This document shows positions 26,780-39,776 of a stretch of DNA of 64,000 bases, one piece after another. Position 1 is the stretch's first letter, and every line of letters starts with the position of its first letter. The stretch lies in contig CT868011.1 in the NCBI GenBank assembly GCA_000165425.1, positions 1-64,000 on the forward strand, written 5' to 3'. The translations under genes and the position numbers were made by a program. The stretch is from Paramecium tetraurelia (Eukaryota). The notes beneath the pieces are model-generated. The model was not told the origin of the DNA and ran no database searches. It was given only the letters and a program-made list of their open reading frames with translations.

Positions 26780-28501
26780 ATGTATAGATTTAAACTCTGT
26801 CTAAATTATTCACGTTTAGATTAATCGCTCTCAGCTTTTTTGAAAAAGTATAAGACGACTAAGAAGAATGTGATTTAAGTAGACAATAAACCATTGGAAG
26901 TTTGACAAAAGCTCATTAAATTAAGCTAAGCCAATACAACCATAATTAACAATCCCTTAGGATGATCCATTAAAATAGAAATATCTCTTATAAAGAGTGA
27001 AAGTGATTGATCTCAACGAGAAGGACAATTTCAGTCATTTTAATAGAGCATAATAATTGGCATTAGATAAATAAGTAAAGTAGGTAGGAGATGAGTATAA
27101 AGTGGAAGCAGAAGTATTGAAATTACAAAACAAAGGAGAATTGCGTAATGATTCTTATAATTATTAAAAGTGATTGACGACACAAAACTTCCAAAATAAT
27201 TCTTGTCGACTTTGGATAGATAAAGAAGGAAGGGTAAGAGAATGCTAAGGAGATTCTTTATCGATGGTGAACATCGTTACGTGAAGGAAAATATCTATAA
27301 ATTTAGAAGTGTGGCTGAATGGAAGAAGTATATGAGATTTAAGAAGCCACTTTTGATTGATTTGAAAATGGAAAAATTTAAGAGATATCCAGGCACAGAC
27401 AAGGGGAAATTCCCTATGTAAGACAAGCTTGGATTTACAAGTAAAATTTGATCTCAAATTTATAGAGTGGTTTAGAGAAAATCATACCTAGAAAACAGTG
27501 GATGCAATTGAATATTTAGTCAAAAAAGGATATGGTAAACAATCTGAAATAATGATGAAGAAAAAGAAGGGTTATAGATTAAGGACAAAGAAAGCACTAG
27601 AAAAAGTTGAATCGAAAAATAGATTAATAAGAATAAAGCAAGAAATGTATGAGGAGTCAAATTGGGAGACTGTGGCTCCAGGACCAGCACTATTCGTTAA
27701 GGAAACCATGATGGAACAATTATTAAAGAGGAATCCAATAAAAGATTTGGGATTAAACACTCATATTAAAATTCAAACTCATATACCTGAAGGAGAAGTT
27801 CAACCATTGCCTGACAAGTACCCATTAGAGAAGACCTAATTGATTTATTATTTGGAAAGATGGTCATTTTTCAGATCATTTGGAGCATATTCATTATTGA
27901 AGGATATTACAACTGGTAAACTTTAATAGACTCCACAGGAACCTGTTAAATCTGGATCTTTGAATACATATTACTAGACATTGCCTAAACATATCAGAGA
28001 TAATCCAAATGTTAAGAATGTGTACAGAGGATTGGAATTCGCTAATAATTAGATGACTTTGGCTGAGAAAGAAAACTCTTTGAATTATGCTGCCAGGTTA
28101 TCTTGCTAATTTGATGAAATGAATCAAGATGTCTACGATAAAGGATCAGCTGGATACAGACCCATGATTTCGAGATTCGATGAAGAGAGATTGATGCAAG
28201 ACCAAGAAAACGAACATGTCGATACTGCTATTGTAATTCAAATTGTTAATCGTTTTTTTAGAATCCTGATGTAGTTTTCAAGTATTTGGAACAAAGAGCA
28301 CATACTCCAAGACATGTTGCTAAGGATGATCTACCTCTTCCTGATTGGGCAGTGGATTAGTCAGAGAGAGTGGATGATATTCCTGTTGATTACTACATCA
28401 ATGACGATGGGTTCTGGGATGATTACATTAAGGCTAAAGAAGAGAAACACTTAAAAGATAGTCCAATATCTGGAGGAAAGAAATATTTTAGACATATTTG
28501 A
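26780..28501 (+). CDS. Hypothetical basic protein, possibly mitochondrial
   Basis: Continuous frame across tiny introns (about 26900-26930, 27145-27170, 27441-27465, about 28233-28261); starts MYRFKL and ends ...GKKYFRHI-TGA. Confidence 0.6.
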
Positions 28502-28535
28502 AAGAGTATTTTTATAATAAAAATAACATCATCTT

Positions 28536-30574
28536 ATGTTTCTGTGGCCTGAAGGTTATAATCGTCAACCGTAAAATCCATTAAAGTAACTGATTGAGAA
28601 GACTCAAGGAGATATTTTGCTATTGTTGGAGGAGGATTTATTTGTAAAATAGGCAAAGTTGGGAGATTCATTAGCTGTTGATACTCTAGTAAAAGGTACA
28701 ACTGGCTTGCTAGAAGTGATGTTCATGGATTATCAGTTTGTTTTAAGTGAACATTTTGAGTAGTTAACTAACTAGTATGCCATAATGTGGGAATTGATTG
28801 ATCTTAAACTGGAAAGGGTTAATGCTCAAATTTTGGTAATTCTGCTCATTTAAACTTAGACTCATTGGGAATTTGTGTTCTAATTGTTAAATAATGAGCT
28901 AACAGTTGAAATACAATGGTACTATGCACTACGCATAATCTCATTCATAAGTTAGGAAAACCCTACTCTTTTAGAGAGACAATAAGACAAGTTAATCTAA
29001 CTGTATCGTCATCTTGAGTACCCGTATGTAGCGTAACTCGTAATAGAGATGATGGTCAGTCTCAAAAACAAATACTAAGAATCATTTCTCTGTAAAGGCA
29101 TCTAAGAATTCGATTAATTAACGGAATTACAAGCAATTAACTTCACTTAAATCATACATGAACTCTTTACAAAAATCAAAAAATAGGACTTGATTGAATT
29201 CATAATAACCAGTTAAATTTTAACTAAAATGTTTGAAGTTATTTAATTAACTAACAAAATGTAAGATTTGTTTACTATACTATATTAGAGTCGCCAAAAA
29301 TGCTGCTCACATAATTTCTATCATCTCTAACCATTACTCAACTGAATTGCAAAATTTAGATTTAGAGGAAGACGAGTCGGAATAAATTACTTCTTAGTTT
29401 CAATCTACTTTATTTTACTAGGTCATCAAATAAAATTTACACATTATCAATAATTTAATCAAAGATCATTGTGATCACAATTAAAAAATTACTCAATTAA
29501 TTATCAAATTAATCGAGGTAAATTTTAAAAGTTATTCATTAGATTGTTGATAATTTAGTTAGAATTACAGATGTCTCCTTATGGGAATCTATGCATTAAG
29601 CTCAAATCTTTATATCAATCATAAGATTATGCAATGTTTATCCAAAATCAGACATTCTCTCCTCTTAAGTTGAAAGAATAGTGTTTTATATTTTTGAAAG
29701 AGCCTTGAATGATTATCATCCTTTTTGGGCATTTTAATTCATTAAGGTTTATAAAATCTAAAACAATACTAACTCGATGTTTAATAGATAGGTATTTGCA
29801 TTTGAATAGGAATTGAATGCAAAAATCACAAAAGAATTGGATTATATAACATATGATACTTAGATTTTAGAAATTAATTCGGAGTTAGAGCAATCTAAAA
29901 TTTGGGGAAGAACTAAATGGGAATTGAAGGTGTAACAATGTGAGAATTAAAAGAAATTGGGTTCATAAATGTAAATCAATGCAGAAGAAACTAAATTGAT
30001 TGAAATCAATAACATTAACATTCAAAATGTAAGTTTGGATACTGCAGAAGAAAAGAAAGGAGAAGATGAGAACAAAGAGGAGGTTTAATAGATGGAAGTA
30101 GCATAACACAATCAGGAATAACAACACGAAGAGGAGCAAAAACAGAATATGAATGAAAGTGATGAATTAAAGGAAAATACCAAAGAAGTCGATTTAGCTA
30201 TTCTTAGTGAATCAGATTCGTCCTCATCTTCGAATGATTCTAATGAAGAGAATTAGTTGAAGAATGATATTTAGATTAAAAATGAAACTCCTATTTTAAT
30301 TGTTTCGACAAATGTGGAATATAAGAACCGAAAAAATAGATTAAACTTAGACTAAATAGAGAAGCTGAGGAAGAAGTCGATTTAGTTTGAAAAGATTTCA
30401 TAACAAATGACTTAGGCTGGGAGAAGACTTTCATTGTAGGCAGGTCTAAATATAAAGGAACTTAGTCCAACTTATTTAGAATTTAAACTTGATTTAGAGA
30501 ATAAGGTGCTTCGTAACATAAATGACAATTCAATATTAAAAGTAGATGAAATGGATTCAAGTATCAATCAATGA
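28536..30574 (+). CDS. SAPS (SIT4/PP6-associated)-like helical protein
   Basis: Starts MFLW..LLLLEEDLFVKQAK, resembling the SAPS N-terminus; helical-repeat middle and acidic low-complexity C-terminus; tiny introns. The family call is by eye. Confidence 0.55.
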
Positions 30575-31139
30575 ATAGTTTTGTATCAAAATTATCGTCA
30601 ATTATATTCCATCCTCCCATTCCCCATTCGTTTTTATTAAAATTCGATTAGAATTGTTTTGGTTTTGGTTTTTTGTCATTACAAATTGAGGTTTTAAATA
30701 GATTTGTTGGAGTTGTCTTTTAAGTCACTGGACTTTTACATATAGCAGGTGCTGTCTCTATTCTAATGTATTCTTCAGGGGAATTTCGCATTTGTTTTAA
30801 TCCGGATTTTAATGGAAAGTTTTTGAATGCAGGACATTTGCTGTGAATACGATCAGTTTAAAATGAAAGGATTGGTTAAGCGGGCAAGGTCTTGAGAGTA
30901 TAAATAGGAAGTGTGGTTTCTCTCTCTTTAAAGTGTTTCTTGGTCTAAAACAAGGATTTAATGAGAAGAGGATTTTTTAATTGAATAGGCGATCTAATTC
31001 CATATTTGGATGATTGAAAATGAAAATAATGAGGAGAGCTTTTGAGTAGGATCTCATTTTGTGCTTTTCTAGTTTGATTTAGGTATTATCGAATTGTTTC
31101 TGCATTTTAATGGTAATCAATTATCAAGTCCTTATCCAT
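30564..31139 (-). CDS. Hypothetical protein (191 aa)
   Basis: Intronless ORF MDKDLIIDYHQNAETIRQY...EWGMGGWNIIDDNFDTKLFID-TGA. Confidence 0.55.
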
Positions 31140-31153
31140 TTTATATAATATTA

Positions 31154-31968
31154 ATGTTTATTTTAATCCTTTTTGGTTATAAACAATATAAGGTATTTAC
31201 CATAGATGTGCTGGGCAGTACACTATTAGATTGTATATGGACTCAAGCCATTAAGGAAATAACTAAAGTAAATTTGATCTAGGATTTTGAAAATAGCTAC
31301 TTACAACCAAAGAAGAACAACATCAGAAAGATTAGAAAACTGCTTAATAAAAAATAACCTCAAACGAGAAAAGAATCACTGCAATCAATCAACAATTACA
31401 GGAAGAGGGTTTATTGGAGGCACCAACTGGAAAAAAAGTTACAATAAGCTTATTTATATTTAGGATGACAAAAAAGGAGCTAAGCCACCTCCTCAGAAGA
31501 AAGGCAAAGATGCTCCTCCAAGCAATCCTTTGGAAGCAGAAAAATTGGAATTGCAAAAAGATACTGAGAAATAATAAGAGTATGTCACGAAGTACACCGA
31601 TAAATTGAACAAGATTAAGGTGGTATTGGAGAAATTCAAAGATCTGAATGAGAAATATCATAACGATTAATTAGTGATTGAGTTATGTGACAAAACTGGG
31701 GAACGTAAATTTGTGAAGACCAAATTAGATGGAATTGCAAATACATTTTTAAGTGATAAAGGCACTTACATTCTGGCTTATTTGTAAGCTCCTGCTACAC
31801 GTATTCCTTATGTATAGAGAAATAGCTGATGAGGAAGAGTAGTTATTGGCATTAGAATTCGAGGGTTATTTGGCAAGAACTGTTGATGAGGATATTGGAG
31901 CAGTTGAAGAACCACTATTATAATTATAACCAAAAAAGGACGATAAGAAGAAGAAAGGAAAGAAATGA
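31154..31968 (+). CDS. CXorf65/C22orf15-like protein with coiled-coil insertion
   Basis: MFILILFGYKQYKVF..LLDCI, then a coiled coil and DDKKGAKPPP linker, then IELCDKTGERK..ANTFLSDKGTYILA; ends KKKKGKK-TGA; three tiny introns. Confidence 0.55.
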
Positions 31969-31992
31969 TTTATTTACAATTTCATTTGATTA

Positions 31993-32223
31993 TCAAAATC
32001 CAAATCTTTTAAATATCGATTTACCTTCTGGTTTTGCTTTGCTCTGAGTTTAGATTTCAGTTTTCTATTATGTATTCTCTTCCTTTATAAATAATTTCAA
32101 TGCCTCATTGTATTTTGATATGCATCTCCTTAAACACAACTCTTCTGGACCATCCATTTGTAGATTGAGACTCAAGTTTGTGCAATGCTTTAGACAAGTT
32201 GTTTGCATCAATTAATTTTACAT
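31993..32223 (-). CDS. Small Tim chaperone (Tim8/9/10/13, twin CX3C) family
   Basis: 76-aa ORF MQNQLMQTTCLKHCTNLSLNLQMDGPEELCLRRCISKYNEALKLF..., with a twin CX3C motif and typical ExxCLxRCxxKY spacing. Confidence 0.75.
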
Positions 32224-32621
32224 TTATTTTAAAATAAAAAAATGTCGAAATTATCTAAAATGAAGTGCATAACAATTTCTATCCATTACAGACTAAAGCT
32301 TCAAATTTCAAATCAAGTAGGACTTAAAACACCCAACCCATTAAATATATTAATCCAGCTATCAAAATTAGATAAGGAAGAGAGTGATTGATTTATCAAA
32401 AATATCATAAGTAGTCCGTTGCTTCTTCCTTAAATTGCTGGAGAAAGACAACATATATTTTTAGATAATATTTCTAAGAATAACTAAAATATAATGAAAT
32501 ATACAAAAATTTAAGGGCAAATCAATACCTTAATAGAATATTCATTCTGAAAATATGATTCATGGAAGATAGTTGTAATGTTTGTTTTAATTTATAAATA
32601 AATATGACTATAATACATATT

Positions 32622-34902
32622 TCAAAGTAGTTCAAATTATTTCAATAATGACTATTCATCAAAATTTAACGATAGATTTCCAAGCATAGTCAAAGATGGT
32701 TTATTTGCATCATCTCTTAATTCTCTAAATGGATCATCCTTTTAAGGAATTGTTCCTTTATTTGATTTTGGATGAATTAAGCCTGACTAGACTTGGGATA
32801 TTTTTGATCCTTGCAATTAAGATTTTACAATTTAACTTTAAAAAATAGATTGCTATGGTTATTAATTAACTTGTTTTTATTTCTTTTATTCTTCCTAAAT
32901 GATTTCTTATGGATCTCCAAAATGCCCCAATAACATAAATAAGGCTTTGGATTCCGTTTTCAAATTCTATTCAATATTAATTATTCAATATACCTATTGG
33001 ATTTCCAAATAGAAATGAGCAATCACAGGTTTAATCTATTCGTTTAATTCAAAGGATCTAAGATTAATAATAAATTTAATTAAAGAAATAATCTGAGATC
33101 TAAATTATTATCTTTTGAATATTTTCATCTGGACTACCTATTCAAAATGGATTTCGGATTACTTTTAACATGTTCCTAATAGTTGCCATAATATTCAGAT
33201 ATTGCAATTTTTACAAGGTTAAAGGTAAATTCTTGAACTTAATTTGACTTAATAAATCTAGTTAAAAGTAATTAGATCTATTGAAATGCCAATTAATAAA
33301 ACATGATAGAACTTAAATACAATTTACTTAGCATATCCAGCATTAAAATAGCAATGTTAACATCAATTTTAGGGTGAGTGCATACAGATTTTAACAATTG
33401 AAAGTCTACAATATTAATTTAGACTTCATTTTACTCAATTTAAAGTTATTTCACCATAGGAATGATTAAAATATCTAATGGTATAGTTGAGTATTTTCTA
33501 ATGAGCATTAGGAAGTTGGCTACCAAAAACTCTCTTACTCCTTTTTAATCAAAGTTTTCAATAAGAGAAAACACTAATTTCTTATACAACAAAGCTGCAT
33601 ATTTGTCCTTTTAGAGGGCTAAATTGTCCAGAATTCTAAATAAACTTTGATAAGTAAATATTCTCATCGCAAAACTTGATTCACGAGTAGCTTTTCTTGA
33701 GTTCAGCAAATATTACTCCATTTATTTAATAACAAATGATTAAGGGTAAAATATCCAATAATGCTCAAAATATTTGAGAGCTGTCATTCTCTCCATTGCA
33801 GTATGTTAAGGTTCAAATAATTTAACAGCATGCGAAGCAAATAACTCAAAAAGGTTAAGTTCCTACATTTGATCTCTTATCTGAATTGTTTAGATTATCC
33901 CATTTATGAAATCAATGTACTCTTTTCCAGATTTCAATATTTTTCTTAATTGAACATCAAAGAAATCGACAACATTGTATTAAGAGACTACACTGTATAT
34001 TTTACAGACTTATTCTAAATATTAGTGATGTCGTTGTTATGATAAAATCAATACGATTAAACCTCCATGTTCTCTGACTAACCAAGCATATACATCTTCA
34101 AGTAATTCTTTTTATGGCAAATTTATCAAAATTCCTTCAATGATATATAATGTCCAATAACACACTTCATTGTTTTGAGAAACCAAACCAGCTTTAAGAA
34201 GAGACAACAATATATCTATTTTGTAAGTTACAAATTTGATAATGTGATTTATGTATTTAGACAATTCCATCAACCAATTGATGACACTCTTGAAACTTTT
34301 GTTGCCTTTAATAAGGATGTTTGATAATTATTTATAATTTTAATTTAGTAAGACTACTGCTTATTTGGGTTTTAATGTAAAATGCTTGCAAAGGGAAACT
34401 ATGATGAATTCTAATAGTGATTATGTTTGATTAAGGGGCTTTTCAGGATCAATTTCCTCGATGCTTATTTCTTAAGGCTCATTTTATTGTGAATCAAATC
34501 TAGTTGTTGTACTTACTTGCTCTTCTACATAAAATGCCATTTCATAATGTTATTTTATTTCCTTCAAAAACTGCATCAACATCTAAGTATCTCCTTTCAC
34601 AATTGAAACTACATATATGGAAATTGAGTACTTTTTATATCATCATCCAATGTGATGTTAATCTATTGTAAACTCCTACATACATTATTCCAATTGAACA
34701 ATCTTATTCCATTACTATTACCTTGTTTGACATCGACATCAATCTTCTAATCAAATTGTTTAAGAATTTGACTAACTATTATTCCATTCAAGAATTGCTC
34801 TTCCAAAGCTTAATCAACGTGAGCAAATAAATTGTTGATAGGCAATTCTTGTATAACATTAATTTTGACAAGCCATTGATAAATATCGAGATCAAGTTTC
34901 AT
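32622..34902 (-). CDS. Protein with N-terminal calponin-homology-like (SPEF1/CH_2-like) domain and helical repeats
   Basis: MKLDLDIYQWLVK..FLNGIIVSQILKQF..RLFNWNNVCRSLQQINITL..IVKGD; continuous minus-strand frame with tiny introns to ...KQFELL-TGA. Confidence 0.65.
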
Positions 34903-35356
34903 ATTGCAATTTAATAATTTTTATAATATTTTATTTTCATTCCTTTAATATTAGATAAAAGGTAATGGCTTCTCTCTAAGATTAATCTAATAAAATTAAT
35001 CGTTGTTATACTTAGTCAATTGTGATTTCATAATTGCATTTGATTGAATATTTGATCTATTTGATAAAGCATCTTTAACTATTTAAATTTATTAATATCT
35101 CTTTTTAATCATTCAATAATAGCTGTAATTGTAGAGTAACATTTAAATTCAATATCTTTTATGATATCAAATTTGGTTGATATTGATATCTATATTTATA
35201 ATATAATAATTTCTTCCATAACATTCTCATATCAATCTACATCTATAAATCGTGAGCAGATTAGCTCCTTATAGTTATTCTAAATTGTTAGATCAGAAAA
35301 ACATATTATGTTAAAAGTAAATAACATCAATTAATTAATTAATTAATAGAATTTGT

Positions 35357-36495
35357 ATGCCAGAATGGTTTTGGATATTTCTAGGATCAATAATTTTAAT
35401 CATACTACTATACGTCTTATACAAGTTATGGAATAAGCAAAATGAGCAAGAAAATCACTCTTAAGAGTTTAATTAAATCTCAGATAAAAATGGTTTAGGA
35501 AATTCATATTTAGAGGATATTGAGATTGGATATATGAGCAATCAAAGATCTAAGGATCAAAACCAAGGCTTTGGTAAAGAAGAAAATCAATTCAATAGCC
35601 TAAGCCAGATTAGTAATAGGAATTCTAATATACAAAAATACCCTTTGAATTCTTAAATTTAAGCTGCTCGTTTTAAAGCTGATGAGGAAAGAAATCAGAA
35701 AGTTTAAAAAATAATTAAATTTATATATGCATAAAGTTAGGGAAAAAGAAAAGTAGAAGAAAAGTATTAATATTTTTTGGGCGAGTATTATTAACAATAA
35801 GAATTATGGTAAGAGTATAATATAAAAAAACTTGACTAAAAATAAAAAATGAAATAATTATGTACAGCCTATCGAGCTGTAAGAGGAGATGGAAATTGCT
35901 TTTACACTGCCTTTGGGTTTCAATTTTTAGAAATTTTATTATTAAAATATACAAAGGATTAATTTTATCAGTTTCTTAATGCGAATCAAGTCAATTTTTA
36001 GATTAGATTAAATGATAAAGATCTTATAGATGAGGGTGATTAATAGAAATTGAGAGATGAATTTTTCTTTAGATTGGAGAGGCTTAAATTAATAGAAGAT
36101 ATAGAATTAAGAAAATAAACCTTATAACAAGAATTTAAAGCATATGAGAAAGAAAATGAGAAAATTGATGGATGCTTCTATGGATTGTCTACTATTTTTT
36201 TTAGGAACTTAGCATAAAAGGTTGTGGATTTGGATGAAATTGCCAGTAATACTTTTGGAACTTAAAATTTATTGCTATGGGAAACGGAATGCAATGAAAA
36301 TGAAATAGTGATAGCCGCTTTCGCAAAATATTTAAAAATGTAATTTTAATAAGAAAATGTTTTAGATACGTTTAACTGATATTTTTGTAAAATAATTGCG
36401 ATATTATGTTGATGCCATATGGCAATTAAAGTGATAATATAGTAATCTTGCTCATCCGACCTGGACATTATAATATAGGATATAAAAATACATGA
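35357..36495 (+). CDS. Otubain-like (peptidase C65) deubiquitinase with N-terminal TM anchor
   Basis: MPEWFWIFLGSIILIILLYVLYKLW TM segment; catalytic motifs YRAVRGDGNCFYTAFGF and LLIRPGHYNIGY. Confidence 0.85.
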
Positions 36496-36657
36496 GATGA
36501 ATTATGGATTTATTGAAAATCCTTATGCAATGAATTTTCTTATTAATACTATTATTATGTTTAATTAATCAAAGAACTGACAAAATTACTGCAAATTTTG
36601 GTGAATTATTCAAAATTAGTATTAATTTGATACACTCTTATTATACGTAAGTGAATA

Positions 36658-38306
36658 TCATTCAAAATATTTGAAATCTTCAGTATCTACATCCTCATGA
36701 TTCTCTTGGGCTATCTCAACTTACTTTTCTATAGGTCTTGATCTGAACATGTTAAGTCTTCCACTTTTTTTTTTGCTTGGCTACATTAATTTCAACTAAT
36801 TGATTCTGTTTCGTGCAGCTTCTTCTTCACGCTACCTATCAGCATTTTCTTTTCTTTTATCTGCCTTGCCTTTATTATCAATTTCTTGTTTCTAATTATG
36901 ATTCACAAAGTTTTTACATAATGATATACTCTTTCAGGTTTGAAAGTCTTGACTTATTTTAAAAGTTTTTCAATTAACTATTCTATTAAGCCTAATATAA
37001 ATAAAGTAGGTCTAGTTTAAATATCTTAAACTTGTATCATATCTATTTGAAATTATTAATAAACTTCTATTATTTATTATCCTAAGTCTTTCTGTTCTTT
37101 TCCAGATGCTTTAATTATACCTCCTAATTACATATCTTTCAATTCTTGTGTCATTATCTAAAATGAATATGAGTTGTAGATACATCCAATTTCCTTTTTA
37201 AGATCTCTTTTTGTTCATGTAATTGTTGAATTTTAATACTTTTTTCTTATTTCAACTTTTGAAATTTAGATTTAACTTCTTCAAGATTTTATTCTGTTTC
37301 TTAAGCAGTTTAAATTAAGAATAAATTTCTCTCCTCCAAGTCATTGAATATCGAAATTAATTATTATGGATGTTTAAAATACATTTCAAATTCGTCTTCA
37401 AAATCTTCTAATTCTTCCTAACTACATTTTATTAATTCTAATACTATTATATTGTTTGATCAGCCTAATTGGATTTCTAGAGTTTGCCCTCAAGAATACT
37501 AATTTCTTTGAGTTTATCGAGGAGCAAGCTCTTGAGTTTTGCTTTATTATCATGCCATTCTTTTGGTGCCAATTTATCTAGGAACTATTTATGATCAATG
37601 TAGGCAGTTATCAATTCTTCCATCCTTTATTTTTCGCCTCTAATGCTGGTCATCTTGATATTAAGCTGTTTGATGATAGCCTCCTTTGCTTTTTTATCTT
37701 TGATTTCATTTTCTAATTTTAATTCTGCCTCTGCTCTTGCTGCTTTGTTTGTATCTAGAAACTACTAAAAATTATCTGCATCCTGTTACAGCATTTTCAT
37801 GCTCTAAAAGAAGACTTCCTGTTTCTCCTTTTAACCTTCTTTCATTTTTTTAATTTCATTTTCCATTGTGTTATAGGATTGCGAAATCAAAAATAACTAT
37901 CTTTTGTCCTCGATGACTTTAACATTAGAAACTAAAGTAATGCCTTTTTTGTTCTGCTCTTCTTTTTCCAATTTGCGTTCTTTAATAATATTCAAAGCAT
38001 CTTTGATCCTTTGTTAATCCTTCTCTTTGAAAAGTTTATTATTTTTTGTATAATTTTCATCATAGGGTGTACTTACTTTCTTTAAAATAATTAAGAAGCA
38101 CATACTTCAAATCTGGTCAATTAGGTTCTACTGGTTGCTGTTTCTTTATTCCAAACTTTTGTATTTGACTTATGAAATGAGAGTTATTTTTTAAACTTAC
38201 TGTCATTGTATAGAAAGATCTCCTCGTCAGAAGGGTATTGGAATGGACTGTGACTAGTAGTTCGAACGCTGATATCCAATTTAGGTAATAATAATCTTAA
38301 ACTCAT
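36658..38306 (-). CDS. CFAP100/CCDC38-like coiled-coil protein (DUF4200)
   Basis: SPFQYPSDEEIF..VWNKETATSR, then IEDKRQLFL..LQQDADNFQQFLDTN..HKQFLDKLAPKEW; ends EDFKYFE-TGA. Confidence 0.7.
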
Positions 38307-39713
38307 GATAATAATAATTAAAATATCTCATGTTTCATATGTCTTTCTGAAATTTTGGCTAATTTTTTGCAAATATTTAAAATTTTAGGTTCCTCAAATT
38401 AGTTCTATTGAATTGTGGATATTAATTGAACCTAGAATATTAGAATAGAATGATACATTGAATCTCAAACACTCAACCTCGTATTGACTTTCCTTCTAAA
38501 ATGAATCAAAGGATTTAAAAATGAAGTAATACAATTTAATAAGTTATCGTTATTACCTTTTAATTCTGTAAGTCATGTAATAGTATTTGATGAATGTAAA
38601 GGGTAGTGTTATGTCTTCAAAGAGTGTTCTCACTTTGTTTTTCTCATTCAACAACTTGGAAATTTATGAAAAGTTGGTCTGAATTTCTTGGACGTATTAT
38701 TTTAATTTTTCGTAATAATAGGATTGCATAATATCAGCGATTGTTGGAGGTTGACATCCCTCTAATCTGAAGAGCATTTTTAGATTGAACACTTTATCAT
38801 CATTATTAATGGAATTAACATAATTGATTGATGCGATCTCTTGTTATTGATTGTTTTGTAGACACAATGGATAGATAAAGAGGGGCAATTGATCAGCTTT
38901 TCTGGATAGATTGAAAACATAGTATTTCTTATAAATTATGATCATCCCCTCTGAGAATTATAGTATCAAATCCAAAAGGCCAGCCAAAAGGATTTTTCTT
39001 GTTGTAATTCTTTACTGCTAATAAAAAAAGTCAATCAAAAAAATGAATATGTACACAGGTATCAAAAAGAAGAGGAAATTGATGATTCTTTTACTGATCG
39101 TGGTTGGTTTCAGTGAAACCATCAAAGCATAGAAAAAGAATTGGGTCGATGTATGTAATAGTTTATCGTAGCTGGGAGGGGAGACTGGCAATTGTCTTAT
39201 AAATTTGTATCCATTATACACGACGTAACATGTGGTGAAGATGTTGTTGAGTAAACCTCCTCCCCAAAGTTGATTGCAGAGAAGGAATTACAGTATTAGG
39301 ACGATGAAGAAGTATGCCAAGGCTTTATCGGAGTTTTCTAATGGATTAATGGTTATAGAAGTACTTGAAAAATAAAACACATGCAATCCCAACACATGAA
39401 ATCCATTCACGAGCATTACTAAGCATATAAAGGTTTTGCCTATATAATTTAAATAATATGCGGCAAACCCAACAACCAGAATTAAGAGAGTAGTCGAGAG
39501 GATAGTCACAAACATTTATGTGAATGATTCTCTTCCTTCGAATAATTATGTAAATTCTAATCTGTTGACTCGGCTTTAAAAATAAAATTTGACTTAATTG
39601 ACCAAAGGCGATTCTAATTGCTAAGGAGCCTTATTTGGATTTAAAATTTTGACTGGGTTTTCAGGTTTCGTGAAATCCTGAAATTGCTATTATTCCATAA
39701 AGTAATTTGTCAT
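38303..39713 (-). CDS. Hypothetical multi-pass membrane protein
   Basis: Several hydrophobic segments (MFVTILSTTLLILVVGFAAYYL; QFFFYALMV; IINFLFFLIPVYIFIFLIDFF) followed by a soluble tail. Start and stop uncertain: stop at 38303 if the 25-nt intron near 38432-38456 is spliced, otherwise about 38394. Confidence 0.5.
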
Positions 39714-39776
39714 TCTCTCTTTTCTTCTTTATATATCATATGTAAGTCTATTTTAGTTCATTAATTTAATAATTTA

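Noticed and set aside
32242..32620. Possible short gene, or TGA readthrough extension of the CH-like gene
   Set aside because: Open frames exist on both strands, but with one stop codon in AT-rich DNA this is expected by chance; no recognisable motif.
34930..35340. Possible small gene between the CH-like and otubain genes
   Set aside because: No convincing frame, splice pattern or motif.
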